Assembly (NCBI GenBank): GCA_905479875.1
Contig: CAJQOG010000060.1
Span: 3,853 to 67,852 of the forward strand
Direction: 5' to 3'
From: an uncultured Gammaproteobacteria bacterium
GTDB lineage: Bacteria; Pseudomonadota; Gammaproteobacteria; Steroidobacterales; JABDMI01
DNA length: 64,000 nt
Below are positions 9,228-19,628 of the stretch, in pieces (position 1 is the stretch's first letter; each line of letters opens with the position of its first letter). The translations under genes were made by a program, and so were the position numbers. Under the pieces are notes generated by a model. That model did no database searches, was not told where the DNA came from, and saw only the letters and a list, made by a program, of their open reading frames with translations.

Positions 9228-9812
9228 TTAATTTCTCTGTATCTTATTCCAATCAAAATTTGGACCCGGATCGGTTTTACGACCTGGTGCAATATCCGAA
9301 TGCCCTGTAATTCTTGAACGTGTTAATTTGGGGTAAACTGCACATAAGGAACTAATTGCCAATTCAAGCTTTATATATTGCTCTTGGGTAAATATATCTT
9401 CATCACAGCCTTCTAACTCAATCCCTACACTGAAGTCATTACAATTATTTTGCCCTTGGTATTCTGAAATACCCGCATGCCATGCTCTACAATGAAATGG
9501 TACATATTGTTTAATTTCACCATTCCGTTGTATGAGCAAATGACTAGAAACACGTAAATGGGCAATTTCCGAAAAATATGTGTCTTTATTTTTTTCTAAT
9601 GTCCCACAAAATAATTGATCAATATAGTTACCTCCATATTTCTTTGGCGGCAAACTAATTGCATGTATTACAATCAAATCCAACTGAATCTCACCGTGTT
9701 TATCTGTTGGTCTTGCATCACAATAAGGCGAACAAAATTGCTTAGCTTGTGTCAATAAACCAGATGTTTTATTGATTGTATAACCATTATTTTTCTCAGC
9801 ACTATTCATCAC
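9228..9812 (-). CDS. ampD: 1,6-anhydro-N-acetylmuramyl-L-alanine amidase
   Basis: Amidase_2 motifs: IVIHAISLPP, RAWHAG, GIELEG, ITGHSDIAPGRKTDPG. Confidence 0.85.
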   Translation of the reverse strand: MMNSAEKNNGYTINKTSGLLTQAKQFCSPYCDARPTDKHGEIQLDLIVIHAISLPPKKYGGNYIDQLFCGTLEKNKDTYFSEIAHLRVSSHLLIQRNGEIKQYVPFHCRAWHAGISEYQGQNNCNDFSVGIELEGCDEDIFTQEQYIKLELAISSLCAVYPKLTRSRITGHSDIAPGRKTDPGPNFDWNKIQRN

Positions 9813-9866
9813 CTATTATAATACCTTTATTCGAGTTGGTTTTACTCTCAATTATTTGGATTTTTC

Positions 9867-10601
9867 ATGCTGCGCATACATCACTCTGGCCACTTACAAA
9901 AAAACATTAACGTAGATTTAAGCTCCGAAGCCTCGCATCATGTTTTAAATGTAATGCGTTTAAAAATAGATGCTGAGTTTAGGATTTTTAACGCCTCAGG
10001 GGAATTTCTTGCTCGTTTACAAGCAATCTCAAATAAAATTGCTAATGTTAATGTTGGAGAAATGCTTGGAAGTAATCCTGAATCAGATTGCGAAATTACA
10101 TTATTACAGGCGGTAACTCGGCGAGAACGCATGGATTACTCTATTCAAAAAGCAACTGAAATGGGCGTAACAACCATTCAGCCAGTGCTTACACAGCATT
10201 GTGTAGTGAAACTGAACCAAAAAAAATCCTCACAACGAATTGAGCATTGGAAAGGCATTGCTTTACATGCCGCTGAACAAAGTGGGCGATTGAAAATTCC
10301 AGAAATAAAACCAATTTTAACTTGGAGCAACGCACTTATTGAATATAACGAGACTAAAGCATTAAAATTAATCTTTGCCTTAGCTGCCTCAAAGCCACTA
10401 AATCAAATAACGTCTGATTCCAAAAATATTTTACTAGCCCTTGGCCCAGTTGGCGGATTTAGTATAGCGGAGCTTGATCAGGCAATGAGCAAAGATTACA
10501 AGGCTATTAAATTAGGCCCACGAATTTTACGCGCCGAAACCGCAACAACAGCTGCATTGACAGCGATTCAAATGCGCTGGGGCGATTTAGATAAAAGCTA
10601 A
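9867..10601 (+). CDS. rsmE: 16S rRNA (uracil1498-N3)-methyltransferase
   Basis: Collinear with E. coli RsmE by recall: LLQAVTRRERMDYSIQKATEMGV, GPVGGFS, LGPRILRAETA. Confidence 0.85.
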   Translation: MLRIHHSGHLQKNINVDLSSEASHHVLNVMRLKIDAEFRIFNASGEFLARLQAISNKIANVNVGEMLGSNPESDCEITLLQAVTRRERMDYSIQKATEMGVTTIQPVLTQHCVVKLNQKKSSQRIEHWKGIALHAAEQSGRLKIPEIKPILTWSNALIEYNETKALKLIFALAASKPLNQITSDSKNILLALGPVGGFSIAELDQAMSKDYKAIKLGPRILRAETATTAALTAIQMRWGDLDKS

Positions 10602-10603
10602 AC

Positions 10604-11068
10604 TCATATAAACTGCAAAATCTTTTTTTCTAAAAACTGCAAATTTGGAATTTGTGGTCTATCGTTAAATAACTTTAACTGCGTGATGATTGGACAGTCA
10701 TCCGGAAACTTCACATCTTCATCCACCACCAAATCTTTTTCTTTTACGCCAATTAATTGTGGAAAACCCTCAACAAACATTGCATAAACTTGATTAGGAA
10801 TTTCATCACTTAAGGCCGTCATTATAGCGATACGTGTTCGACTGTTTTTCTCAGGAACTTGTTTCCCGCACAAGCCTTCAAATGAAATCAATGGAACGTG
10901 ATTATTTTGCCAATCAATAGTACCTGGCAACCAATCCGGGGTGCTTGAATCACTCAAGGGCTCTGGTGTCTTGTAACGAACTATTTCTCTTACCGCAGTG
11001 CGTGGCAATAGCAAACGTTGTCGCTGAATTGGCACAAGTAGAGCATAAATTTCATTAGCTGTGGACAT
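10604..11068 (-). CDS. CheW-like coupling protein (ChpC-like position downstream of chpA)
   Basis: Single CheW-like domain of 154 aa, 12 nt downstream of the chpA stop. Confidence 0.7.
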   Translation of the reverse strand: MSTANEIYALLVPIQRQRLLLPRTAVREIVRYKTPEPLSDSSTPDWLPGTIDWQNNHVPLISFEGLCGKQVPEKNSRTRIAIMTALSDEIPNQVYAMFVEGFPQLIGVKEKDLVVDEDVKFPDDCPIITQLKLFNDRPQIPNLQFLEKKILQFI

Positions 11069-11080
11069 GTTTCAAACCGT

Positions 11081-14000
11081 TTAGTGTTTATTTAAATGTG
11101 GCTGAATGGCTTCTAGCAACTGATCTTCACGATAAGGCTTTCCAAGGTAATCGTCTACGCCAATTTCAATTGCACGATTACGATGCTTATCACCTGTACG
11201 AGAGGTAATCATAATAATAGGTACGTTACTAATTCTTGGGTCTTGGCGCACATGCTCTGCAAGCTCATATCCATCCATACGAGGCATTTCTATATCTAAA
11301 AGAATTAAATCGGGGCTATGCTCTTGTAAAACACTCAAGGCATCTAAACCATCTCGAGCCGTCAGTACTTCCATTTTATTTCTTTCTAATAATCTCTCTG
11401 TAACACGTCTAACTGTAATGGAATCATCTACAACTAAAATTAATGGTAGAGACTCGCGCGTAACAATATTTTCAGCAACTGCAACATCTTGTAATTTAAC
11501 CCCAAGTAGTGCGTCAATATCCAAAATTACTACGATACGTCCATCACCCAAAATTGTTGCGCCAGAGATGCCTCGAATACCAGCGATTTGTGGACCAACT
11601 GGCTTGATAACCATCTCACGATTACCAATTAACTCACTAACAACTAACGCAGCATGATGATCACCGCCAGTGACCATAATCACTGACAGTTCCTGCTCGT
11701 CGGGATCAAAAGAAAAATTCGGTGAACCTAACAATTGTGCTAAATTTTTCACTGAATATTCTTGATTAGCATATTCGTAAACTGGGCTTTCTTGTGTAAG
11801 TAAATGCTGAACATTAGCCAGAGACATTTTTGCTACACCATCAACTTTATGAATAGGAATGGCGTAGTTCTCTTCTCCGGCCCTTACTAAAAGAGCATGG
11901 TTGATTGCGCGTGTAAATGGTAAACGCATTGAAAATCGTGTGAATTTTCCTGGCTCACTAATTATTTGCAGTGAACCGCCTAATTGTTTCACTTCAGATG
12001 CAACCACGTCCATACCAACACCGCGACCGGCACTCTGAGTCACCTCTGTAGCAGTTGAAAAACCGGAAGCTAAAATTAGTTGGGCTAAATCGGCATCACT
12101 TGCCTTTTGACCGTCTCTCAACATTCCAATACTTATGGCTTTTTCACGAATTTGCGTATAATTTAATCCAGCGCCATCGTCTTCTAATTCTAGAATCAAT
12201 TGAGCACCTTCACGACTTAGGCGTAACTGAACAACACCCTCAGGATCTTTTCCAGCAGCAACTCTATCTTCGGGGCTTTCGATTCCATGAATAACAGAAT
12301 TACGAATCATATGCTCAAGAGGCGCCTGCATACGCTCTATTACTTGGCGATCGATTTCGCTTTCGGCACCTTGCACATTCAGATCAACTTTTTTACTGGT
12401 CTCATTAGCAATTTGTCGCACTATCCTTGCATAGCGTGGAGCATAGCGTGCGAAAGGAATCATACGAACACGCATGAGATTGTCTTGCAAATCAGTCATC
12501 ACTCGCGACTGCTGTAAAAGTAAAGCCTCTGTATCTCTAAATTGATTTTCTAAAGAAGTTTCTAAACTTTGTAAATCGTTAACTGATTCAGCTAAGGCAC
12601 GAGAAATTTGTTGCACATTAGAATATTGATCCATTTCCAGTGGATCGAAATCATTATTATCCGATTCATCTCTATGCTGGTACAAAATGGTCGCTTCGGT
12701 TTCAATTTCCATTTTGCGTAATTGATCTTTTACGCGATTAACGGTGCGCGCCAATTCTGCTAAGTTTAAATTCGCATTACTAAGTTCTTGCTCAATTCGC
12801 GAACGGAAAATACTGACCTCACCCGCCTGATTGAGTAACACCTCTAAATTACTAGTGCTAATACGTGCAGCATCTTGTTGACGTTGCTGTATATCTCGAA
12901 CTTCTGAAACGTATTCAAAAATCGATTCTGTTGCAACGGGCTCATCGGTCAATGCGACTGAAGTAATTTCAACTTTATCCGATTCATTAGAACTAACTAC
13001 AACTTGTTCTGCAGTCTGAACTGTTTCAAGCTCAGAGCCGTCATTTTGGCCGGCAGCGAACTCTGGTTCTTCGGTTACAACACCGTCATCTAAATTGAAC
13101 TCAGACTCATCCAAAAGAGGTTGGATAACAGTGATAGATGGCATAGTCTTACTAAGCACTTCATCGGTAAACTCAAGTTCGGCAATTTCCTCAGATGACA
13201 TAGACGCTATTTTTACTGAAGCATCACCCAAGCCATCTTCTGAAGTTGAAATTAATTCTGATGCACCTTGCTCTACAGAATCTGTTAGCAATAATAAGCC
13301 TTCCGCTTCCTTACCTTCGATTAAATTCTGCATTACACTTAAGATATGCGGAGCTGATGTTGGTGGCTCTCCACGTTTCACTTCATCTAACATAGAGTGC
13401 ATATGATCTACAGCTGACTGTAAGGTTTTCTTAGCAACTTCAGACTGTTCTAGTGATTCATTTTTTAAACCCAGCATAAAGGATTCTACTTCATGCGTGA
13501 AATCACCAATACTCAATAGGCCAGCCATCCGCGCTCCACCTTTAAGGGTATGCAAATGGCGTAATAATTCAGAAATTACTTTATCACTAATGCCATCAGC
13601 ACCCCAACTGGCAACCGCAGCATCCGTCTCAGTAATAATTTCACTAGCTTCTTCTAAGAAAATATTAGTAATTTCAGAATCCACGGCCAGCATAGTTGGT
13701 GCTTGATGCTGGGTCAGTTGACTATCACTAGTTTGACTCTCAGCAACCATTAAAATATCGTCTAACTCAACCTCAAGGTCGTCCAACAAATCATCGGCAT
13801 CTATAGTTTCAAACTCTTCAAGCTCAATGGACAAGGACGAATCAATATCCGATTTACTGATTTCGGTTTTAGCCTCAATTTGTAGATCAATCTCTTCACG
13901 TAATACATGTAACTCAGCAATTAACTCAGGTGCTGCGAAAGACATTGGAATCTCTTGATTTATTACAGCAATCATATCTTCAATCTTATTTGTCACATTA

Positions 14001-16852
14001 CCAATGACATGCGCACTCTGCTCTTCTAAAGGCAATCCTTCGTCATATAGACGCTGCACGTAATGCTCTAATTCGCCTGTTATTTGCGTGATTGGTTCAA
14101 GATCGGCCATATTTGCACTGCCATGCAAGGTATGCACCGCTCTATGCATTGCACTGCTAATGCTTTTGCTAACAGATTTAGAACAAAAGTTACGTATTGT
14201 GGCAATGTGCTTTGCGGATTCTTCTGTATAAATATCGTAAAGTGGCTTTTCTAATTGGTAAGTTTTTTCAAGAACTTGCTCTGAAGTCTCTACTTCTACA
14301 ACTGTATTGTCCGATGTACTTTGGAGATCTGCGCCAAGTAATTTTTCCATCGCAGACTTATCGTCTGAGCTTATGATGGAGCGCATATCCATAATTTTCG
14401 TGTGTCCAACCGCTTCTGAGGGATTAACAAGTCCGCGCATATCTATTATTTGCGTAGCTGGCTTTTCGGAATCACTAACTGGTGCATTATCATTTTCTAC
14501 AGCATCCTGGTGCTTCAACTGCAACGGCAATGATGTACTTTCTGCAGCTTCAGCTTGTTCCACTAGTTTTTGTGAAATATACGACTCAAGCGAAAGCATT
14601 AGTTGATGAGCATCTTCTTTAGTGTCAACACCGGTTTCAAGTTGTTCAATCAAACTAGGAATACAGCTCACTGACCGATCGATTAAATGCACACCATCTG
14701 CATCCATTTTAATCGTGCCTTCCAAGACTCGGTTGATTAAGTGCTCAGCCTGCCAGGCCATTTCACTCATTCGTCTTGCGCCAACCATACGACCACTACC
14801 TTTTAAGGTATGAAAGCCTCTGCGCACAGAAACCAATGCATCACGGAGTTCATGATCACCTTTCCATGCTGAAAACTCTCGAGAAAGGCTTGTGTGAACT
14901 TCTGCAGCTTCTTCAAGAAAAATTTCGATAACTTCTGGGTCTGTTTCAAGTGACCGATCCATTACAGGATAAGCATCTGGATGGCCATTTTGAACATCGG
15001 AGTTATTTTGATTTGTCTTTTGAGTCATCGACTCAATTGCTTCAGGAGTTAATTTCGGTATCGCAACCGTGCCACTGCTTGACTCCGAAACCGTTAAAAG
15101 CTCAGTACTATTTAGATTTATTGTATTTTCACCGACAGGGCCGTCATGCTCTTTAGGTAATAGCTGTATTGGAGCTTCACGCAGAAGCTGCTCAAGACAG
15201 CTGTCAGCATTATCCAGCATATACCATGGGTCACGGCGATCTTTATTTAGTGTTTCCAAATAAAAGTCTACACTCTCGATTGCACCCGCGAGTAGTTCTA
15301 AATGTTCAGAATATGGCAGTCGTCCACTACCAATAAGAAAACGAGTTATGTAATCTTGCAAACGCTCGAGTACAACGGCTAATCTTTCTTTTTCAGCCAA
15401 CATGGTCGCTGCACGAGCTTCTTTTAAAAGTACTGGAGCGCGTGAAATTGGCTTCAAATCAGTTGGGTCACGCATAAACTGACTTATAACTTCTTTAACT
15501 CTCGCTATATTAACCTTGGTTTCTCTGAAGGTTGCCTCAAGAGCTTCTAACAAATATTTGGGTTTGTTTTTATCTTGCTTTCCGGCTAATTTATCTAACT
15601 CTTCCTCTAATCGAGATTCAACTTGAAGCAAAGAAGCAGCAATACTAATCAAGTGATTATCGGTAATTGGCTCATTACGTTCTAGTAATTGAGTCAGCTC
15701 ACGTTGTTGGTCTAAAACTCGAGCTTGTAACTCATTAAGACCTAACATACTCAAAGTGTCTGCAATTTTCTTCAGACTATCAAAACGCTGCTCTATTTGA
15801 ATGTTCTCTTTAGAACCTGTGCGATTGAAAATATCTAAAGCATCTTTTACTTTATCTAAATCTTCTCGAATAGCAGCTGATAAAGAAACCATGACCTGCG
15901 TGTCCGGCCCCGAAAGATTAGTTTGTGCTGATTCAAATTTTTCTTCTAATGGCAGGGACTCGTTTAAGCTAAAGGCTTTGCGAATTTTACTAACACGCTC
16001 ACCATTACTGGAAGCTCGCCCAATAAAATACAATAACTGGTTGATTAAACTACGGTCAGTGTTTTCTTGGAAGTGACGCTCACCATGATCTAAAATTCTT
16101 TTTGCCGCTCTATCAACTTGGCCAAACAACCGTCTGAGATCAGGGCTTGATTTCAAGCCCTGTTGCAATAAAGACTCAACCAGACCACCCGTAACCCACC
16201 AAAGTTTAAAACTACGTTCTTCTTTGGAGGCTTGTTCATACTTTTCTAGAATTACCGCTATTCTTGTTAGATGTTTTGGACCATATGGATCTTTGATCCA
16301 ACCCAATAAAGAGGTTTGAAACACGGCGCGATACTTACCAATAAGCTCACGTAAATCACCTTTTTGTGAAAGCTCAGTTAACTGAGGCAAAGTCACCGTT
16401 TTATCTGAGAGCTCATCATTTTTTACATCCATTAAATACAGCGTATCCTCAGAAAGCGGCTTGGCTTGACGTGCTGCACGCAACTCTTGCATAACTGGCA
16501 GTAAAGCCACCGAGTTTTCTTGGCCCTCTGACTCAATGGTTTTATGAAAAAATGCCGGTAAAGTTACAACACCTCTACTAATCGCCTCAAGAGAAAGCTG
16601 TGGACTTTTTGCTCTGCGCGATAGCAATTCATCAACATTAAGTAGCATTTCAGAAGCCAGCAAAGCCGAAGCGTTAAAATCGATAATTTCGAAAGCGCCT
16701 TTTGCGGTTTTAAGTAGCTCGCCAACCATACTTAAGTGTTTATCATTTTTGGTTTCAATAGCAAGCTCTAAAGCTGAACGAATATCGTTTAGCGTTAGCT
16801 TCATTTCATCCGAAATGACAAATAAAGTATCTCTAAATGCGGCTTCTAACAT
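11081..16852 (-). CDS. chpA: ChpA-type hybrid histidine kinase of the Pil-Chp chemosensory system (multi-Hpt CheA with C-terminal receiver)
   Basis: 1923 aa. Three canonical Hpt motifs (FHTLKGSGRMVG, VHTLHGSANMA, LHTLKGGARMAG) plus degenerate N-terminal Hpt-like segments. HATPase region (LEDDGAGL, GRGVGMDVV), CheW-like domain, and receiver (LILVVDDS...LLDIEMPRMDG...GKP). Confidence 0.9.
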   Translation of the reverse strand: MLEAAFRDTLFVISDEMKLTLNDIRSALELAIETKNDKHLSMVGELLKTAKGAFEIIDFNASALLASEMLLNVDELLSRRAKSPQLSLEAISRGVVTLPAFFHKTIESEGQENSVALLPVMQELRAARQAKPLSEDTLYLMDVKNDELSDKTVTLPQLTELSQKGDLRELIGKYRAVFQTSLLGWIKDPYGPKHLTRIAVILEKYEQASKEERSFKLWWVTGGLVESLLQQGLKSSPDLRRLFGQVDRAAKRILDHGERHFQENTDRSLINQLLYFIGRASSNGERVSKIRKAFSLNESLPLEEKFESAQTNLSGPDTQVMVSLSAAIREDLDKVKDALDIFNRTGSKENIQIEQRFDSLKKIADTLSMLGLNELQARVLDQQRELTQLLERNEPITDNHLISIAASLLQVESRLEEELDKLAGKQDKNKPKYLLEALEATFRETKVNIARVKEVISQFMRDPTDLKPISRAPVLLKEARAATMLAEKERLAVVLERLQDYITRFLIGSGRLPYSEHLELLAGAIESVDFYLETLNKDRRDPWYMLDNADSCLEQLLREAPIQLLPKEHDGPVGENTINLNSTELLTVSESSSGTVAIPKLTPEAIESMTQKTNQNNSDVQNGHPDAYPVMDRSLETDPEVIEIFLEEAAEVHTSLSREFSAWKGDHELRDALVSVRRGFHTLKGSGRMVGARRMSEMAWQAEHLINRVLEGTIKMDADGVHLIDRSVSCIPSLIEQLETGVDTKEDAHQLMLSLESYISQKLVEQAEAAESTSLPLQLKHQDAVENDNAPVSDSEKPATQIIDMRGLVNPSEAVGHTKIMDMRSIISSDDKSAMEKLLGADLQSTSDNTVVEVETSEQVLEKTYQLEKPLYDIYTEESAKHIATIRNFCSKSVSKSISSAMHRAVHTLHGSANMADLEPITQITGELEHYVQRLYDEGLPLEEQSAHVIGNVTNKIEDMIAVINQEIPMSFAAPELIAELHVLREEIDLQIEAKTEISKSDIDSSLSIELEEFETIDADDLLDDLEVELDDILMVAESQTSDSQLTQHQAPTMLAVDSEITNIFLEEASEIITETDAAVASWGADGISDKVISELLRHLHTLKGGARMAGLLSIGDFTHEVESFMLGLKNESLEQSEVAKKTLQSAVDHMHSMLDEVKRGEPPTSAPHILSVMQNLIEGKEAEGLLLLTDSVEQGASELISTSEDGLGDASVKIASMSSEEIAELEFTDEVLSKTMPSITVIQPLLDESEFNLDDGVVTEEPEFAAGQNDGSELETVQTAEQVVVSSNESDKVEITSVALTDEPVATESIFEYVSEVRDIQQRQQDAARISTSNLEVLLNQAGEVSIFRSRIEQELSNANLNLAELARTVNRVKDQLRKMEIETEATILYQHRDESDNNDFDPLEMDQYSNVQQISRALAESVNDLQSLETSLENQFRDTEALLLQQSRVMTDLQDNLMRVRMIPFARYAPRYARIVRQIANETSKKVDLNVQGAESEIDRQVIERMQAPLEHMIRNSVIHGIESPEDRVAAGKDPEGVVQLRLSREGAQLILELEDDGAGLNYTQIREKAISIGMLRDGQKASDADLAQLILASGFSTATEVTQSAGRGVGMDVVASEVKQLGGSLQIISEPGKFTRFSMRLPFTRAINHALLVRAGEENYAIPIHKVDGVAKMSLANVQHLLTQESPVYEYANQEYSVKNLAQLLGSPNFSFDPDEQELSVIMVTGGDHHAALVVSELIGNREMVIKPVGPQIAGIRGISGATILGDGRIVVILDIDALLGVKLQDVAVAENIVTRESLPLILVVDDSITVRRVTERLLERNKMEVLTARDGLDALSVLQEHSPDLILLDIEMPRMDGYELAEHVRQDPRISNVPIIMITSRTGDKHRNRAIEIGVDDYLGKPYREDQLLEAIQPHLNKH

Positions 16853-16897
16853 TGTTTTAATTGCACTCTTATTATTACTTTTCTGGCAGTGTTATTA

Positions 16898-18175
16898 CTA
16901 GATACTTTCTTCTTCAGAAAGCGTTTCATAATCATCATCCGATAATTCAGATTCAGGCAGGGTAAATCCTGCTACAGACTCACGTAACTCTTTCGCCAGG
17001 TCGGCAAGCTTAGATACGTTAGTAGAAGTTACTGAGGCTCCACCAGCGGTTTGTGTTGAATACTTTCGAAGAACTTCCATTGTTTTCATTACACTGCCGG
17101 CTTCTACTGATTGAGTTTTAGAAGCTTCTGAAATACCGGAAACCAACACTGAAATTTGTTTTGATACAGATTGAATTTCTTCCAGAGCTTCACCAGCATT
17201 CTCGGCAAGTTTTGCACCACCAACTACGTTAGCGGTTGATTCTTCCATAGATGCTACGGCTTCATTTGTATCCGTTTGAATAGTTCTTACTAAAGTTTCA
17301 ATCTGTCGAGTCGCATCAGTCGCTCGCTCAGCTAATCGCTGTACTTCATCGGCAACAACAGCAAAACCTCGCCCAGCCTCGCCCGCCATGGAAGCCTGTA
17401 TGGAGGCATTTAGAGCAAGGATATTTGTTTGCTCAGCAATGTCATTGATTAATCCAACAATGTTTCCAATTTCTTGAGAACTTTCACCTAAACGTTTAAT
17501 TCTCTTTGACGTTTCTTGAATTGTTTCACGAATTGACGCCATACCTTCAATAGTACGGCGTACTGCAATACTACCTTTATCGGCGATTTCTACAGATTGC
17601 TGAGCAACCTTAGAAGATGTTTCAGCATTACTGGTTACCCGACGAATGGATTCAGAAATTGAGTTGATCGCTTCATTAGCTTGAATCACGTGCTCATTCT
17701 GACTTGAACTTACATCACTCAACTTATTGGCTGTAATCTGTGTTTGCTGAGCAGAGCGGTTTACTTGAGTCGCTGTTTGGTCAATCGTTGTTACTAAATC
17801 CCGAAGAGCATCTACCGCATAGTTAATGGAGTCAGCGATAGAGCCGGTAACATCTTCAGTTACTGATGCCTCAACAGTTAAATCACCATCCGCTAAACTA
17901 CCTAACTCATCCATTAAACGTAAAATACCTTCTTGGTCACGCTCAGCTTTTTCCATGGCAAGTTCTGCAGAGGCACGCAGACCAGATGTTTTTGCGTAGG
18001 CTGTTAACATACCTAAAAAACATAGGCCTGCAACTAATACCAAGGCTTCATTAAAGAAATCTAATGTTGTGTCTAAGTTTAAAAAATTCACTACGCCCAG
18101 GGCAAGCAGCAGGAGTAAACCCAAGATACCTAACGTTGGTATTTGTTTGGGACTTAAATTACGTTGCTTTGCCAT
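16898..18175 (-). CDS. pilJ: PilJ-like methyl-accepting chemotaxis protein lacking a periplasmic domain
   Basis: Two N-terminal TM helices ~11 aa apart, a [25 protein letters not shown] linker, and the conserved MCP hairpin [36 protein letters not shown]. Confidence 0.8.
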   Translation of the reverse strand: MAKQRNLSPKQIPTLGILGLLLLLALGVVNFLNLDTTLDFFNEALVLVAGLCFLGMLTAYAKTSGLRASAELAMEKAERDQEGILRLMDELGSLADGDLTVEASVTEDVTGSIADSINYAVDALRDLVTTIDQTATQVNRSAQQTQITANKLSDVSSSQNEHVIQANEAINSISESIRRVTSNAETSSKVAQQSVEIADKGSIAVRRTIEGMASIRETIQETSKRIKRLGESSQEIGNIVGLINDIAEQTNILALNASIQASMAGEAGRGFAVVADEVQRLAERATDATRQIETLVRTIQTDTNEAVASMEESTANVVGGAKLAENAGEALEEIQSVSKQISVLVSGISEASKTQSVEAGSVMKTMEVLRKYSTQTAGGASVTSTNVSKLADLAKELRESVAGFTLPESELSDDDYETLSEEESI

Positions 18176-18247
18176 AACTCTTCCTCTAGCAACATTTTTT
18201 GTTGCTCATTCTTAATTAATGTTTAAATATGTTTAATTTTTATAGTC

Positions 18248-18808
18248 TTAATTTATGGCGCTTGACTGCATAAATTTCTGACTCTCAACTAACTTTCGTA
18301 AACCTATTACTGGCCACGCCTGTTCGTCTCGACTGCATTCCCCTAGTAAAAAAGCTTTCAAACCAAATTTGCTTTCCACCGAACAAGTTTTACTGAGTTC
18401 AGACTCACTAAAACGCCTAAACCCTAAAACCTCATCTACAACTAAAGCTGCTGGTATACGTTCATGATTCACAACCAACATTCGCTCTTGCCCAGTGGTT
18501 TCGTGCCGATCATTTCCAAGAAATTTTGCAAAATCAACCACAGGGATAAGTTGGCTACGTAAATTTGCCAGGCCTTTAATCCACGCTTGCGCTCCAGGTA
18601 CTCGTGTACTTGGGATCAAGGCCAAAACCTCACGAACATCACTGCGCGATGTCATTAAAATTTCATCACCTATACGGAATGCAATACCTACCCATTCTTT
18701 TGCTTCTCCCCCACCAGAGTAAGATAAATTAACTGCACGGCAATGCCGCTCAAGCTCTTTAAGAAGATGAAAAGGGGTTTCACGATATGTATATAAATTA
18801 TCTATCAT
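18248..18808 (-). CDS. pilI: PilI-like CheW-domain protein
   Basis: CheW-like domain, positioned between pilH and pilJ. Confidence 0.7.
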   Translation of the reverse strand: MIDNLYTYRETPFHLLKELERHCRAVNLSYSGGGEAKEWVGIAFRIGDEILMTSRSDVREVLALIPSTRVPGAQAWIKGLANLRSQLIPVVDFAKFLGNDRHETTGQERMLVVNHERIPAALVVDEVLGFRRFSESELSKTCSVESKFGLKAFLLGECSRDEQAWPVIGLRKLVESQKFMQSSAIN

Positions 18809-18828
18809 AATTTTTTTAAATTGCTTTA

Positions 18829-19191
18829 CTATTTAAGCACTTCTTTGATTTTTTGAATTAGCTCTTTTTCTTTAACTGGTTTTACAATGTAATCTGAAGC
18901 GCCTTGTCGCATGCCCCAAATACGATCAGTTTCTTGACTTTTTGTAGTAACCATAATCACGGGAATGCCTGATGTGGCATCATTACGTGAGAGTTTACGG
19001 GTTGCTTGAAAGCCATTAACTCCTGGCATTACAACATCCATTAAGATTAAATCTGGTTTTTCATTAGTTGCTAATTCAACTCCAGACTTTCCGTCGCTTG
19101 CTACCAGCACGGTAAAACCATTACTTTCTAAAAAACCTTTAAGAATATGCACCTCAGTTGGTGAGTCATCTACTATTAATACAGTGGTCAT
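18829..19191 (-). CDS. pilH: PilH-like CheY-type response regulator
   Basis: Stand-alone receiver of 120 aa (VLIVDDS, LILMDVVMPG, KP). Confidence 0.85.
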   Translation of the reverse strand: MTTVLIVDDSPTEVHILKGFLESNGFTVLVASDGKSGVELATNEKPDLILMDVVMPGVNGFQATRKLSRNDATSGIPVIMVTTKSQETDRIWGMRQGASDYIVKPVKEKELIQKIKEVLK

Positions 19192-19220
19192 GTCTTTCCT
19201 CTTTTTTTATACTCAGAATC

Positions 19221-19628
19221 TCAAGCTTTAACGTAGCTTGTGATTGCAGTCAATAATTCCTCTTTAGTAAACGGTTTGGTTAAATACTCTTCCGAACCCA
19301 CAATTTTTCCTCGCGCACGATCAAACAAGCCATCTTTGCTCGATAACATGATAATTGGTGTTTTATTAAATGATTTATTATGCTTAATAAGCGCACAAGT
19401 CTGATAACCATCAAGTCGAGGCATCATGATGTCTACAAAAATAACATCGGGCTTGTGATCAGCAACTTTAGATAAAGCGTCAAAACCATCAATTGCTGTG
19501 AAGACCTGAAAGCCTTCTTTAGTCAATATAGATTCAGCTGTGCGCCTAATCGTTTTACTATCATCAATGATAAGGACTTTGAGCCCACTGTTTACTTCCG
19601 CCGACATATTACTCACACTTGCTCCCAA
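19221..19628 (-). CDS. pilG: PilG-like CheY-type response regulator
   Basis: Stand-alone receiver (VLIIDDSKTIR, IFVDIMMPRLDG, LTKPF) and first gene of the cluster. An alternative start lies at M8 (19607). Confidence 0.85.
   Translation of the reverse strand: MGASVSNMSAEVNSGLKVLIIDDSKTIRRTAESILTKEGFQVFTAIDGFDALSKVADHKPDVIFVDIMMPRLDGYQTCALIKHNKSFNKTPIIMLSSKDGLFDRARGKIVGSEEYLTKPFTKEELLTAITSYVKA

Noticed and set aside
11418-16076. About a dozen 60-100-aa plus-strand ORFs (e.g. 11418..11657, 13095..13406, 14307..14606, 15801..16076) antisense to chpA.
   Set aside because: All lie inside a 5.8-kb gene with clear domain content on the minus strand. They have low-complexity Ser/Ile-rich translations and no SD or promoter signals. 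This is typical antisense-frame noise.
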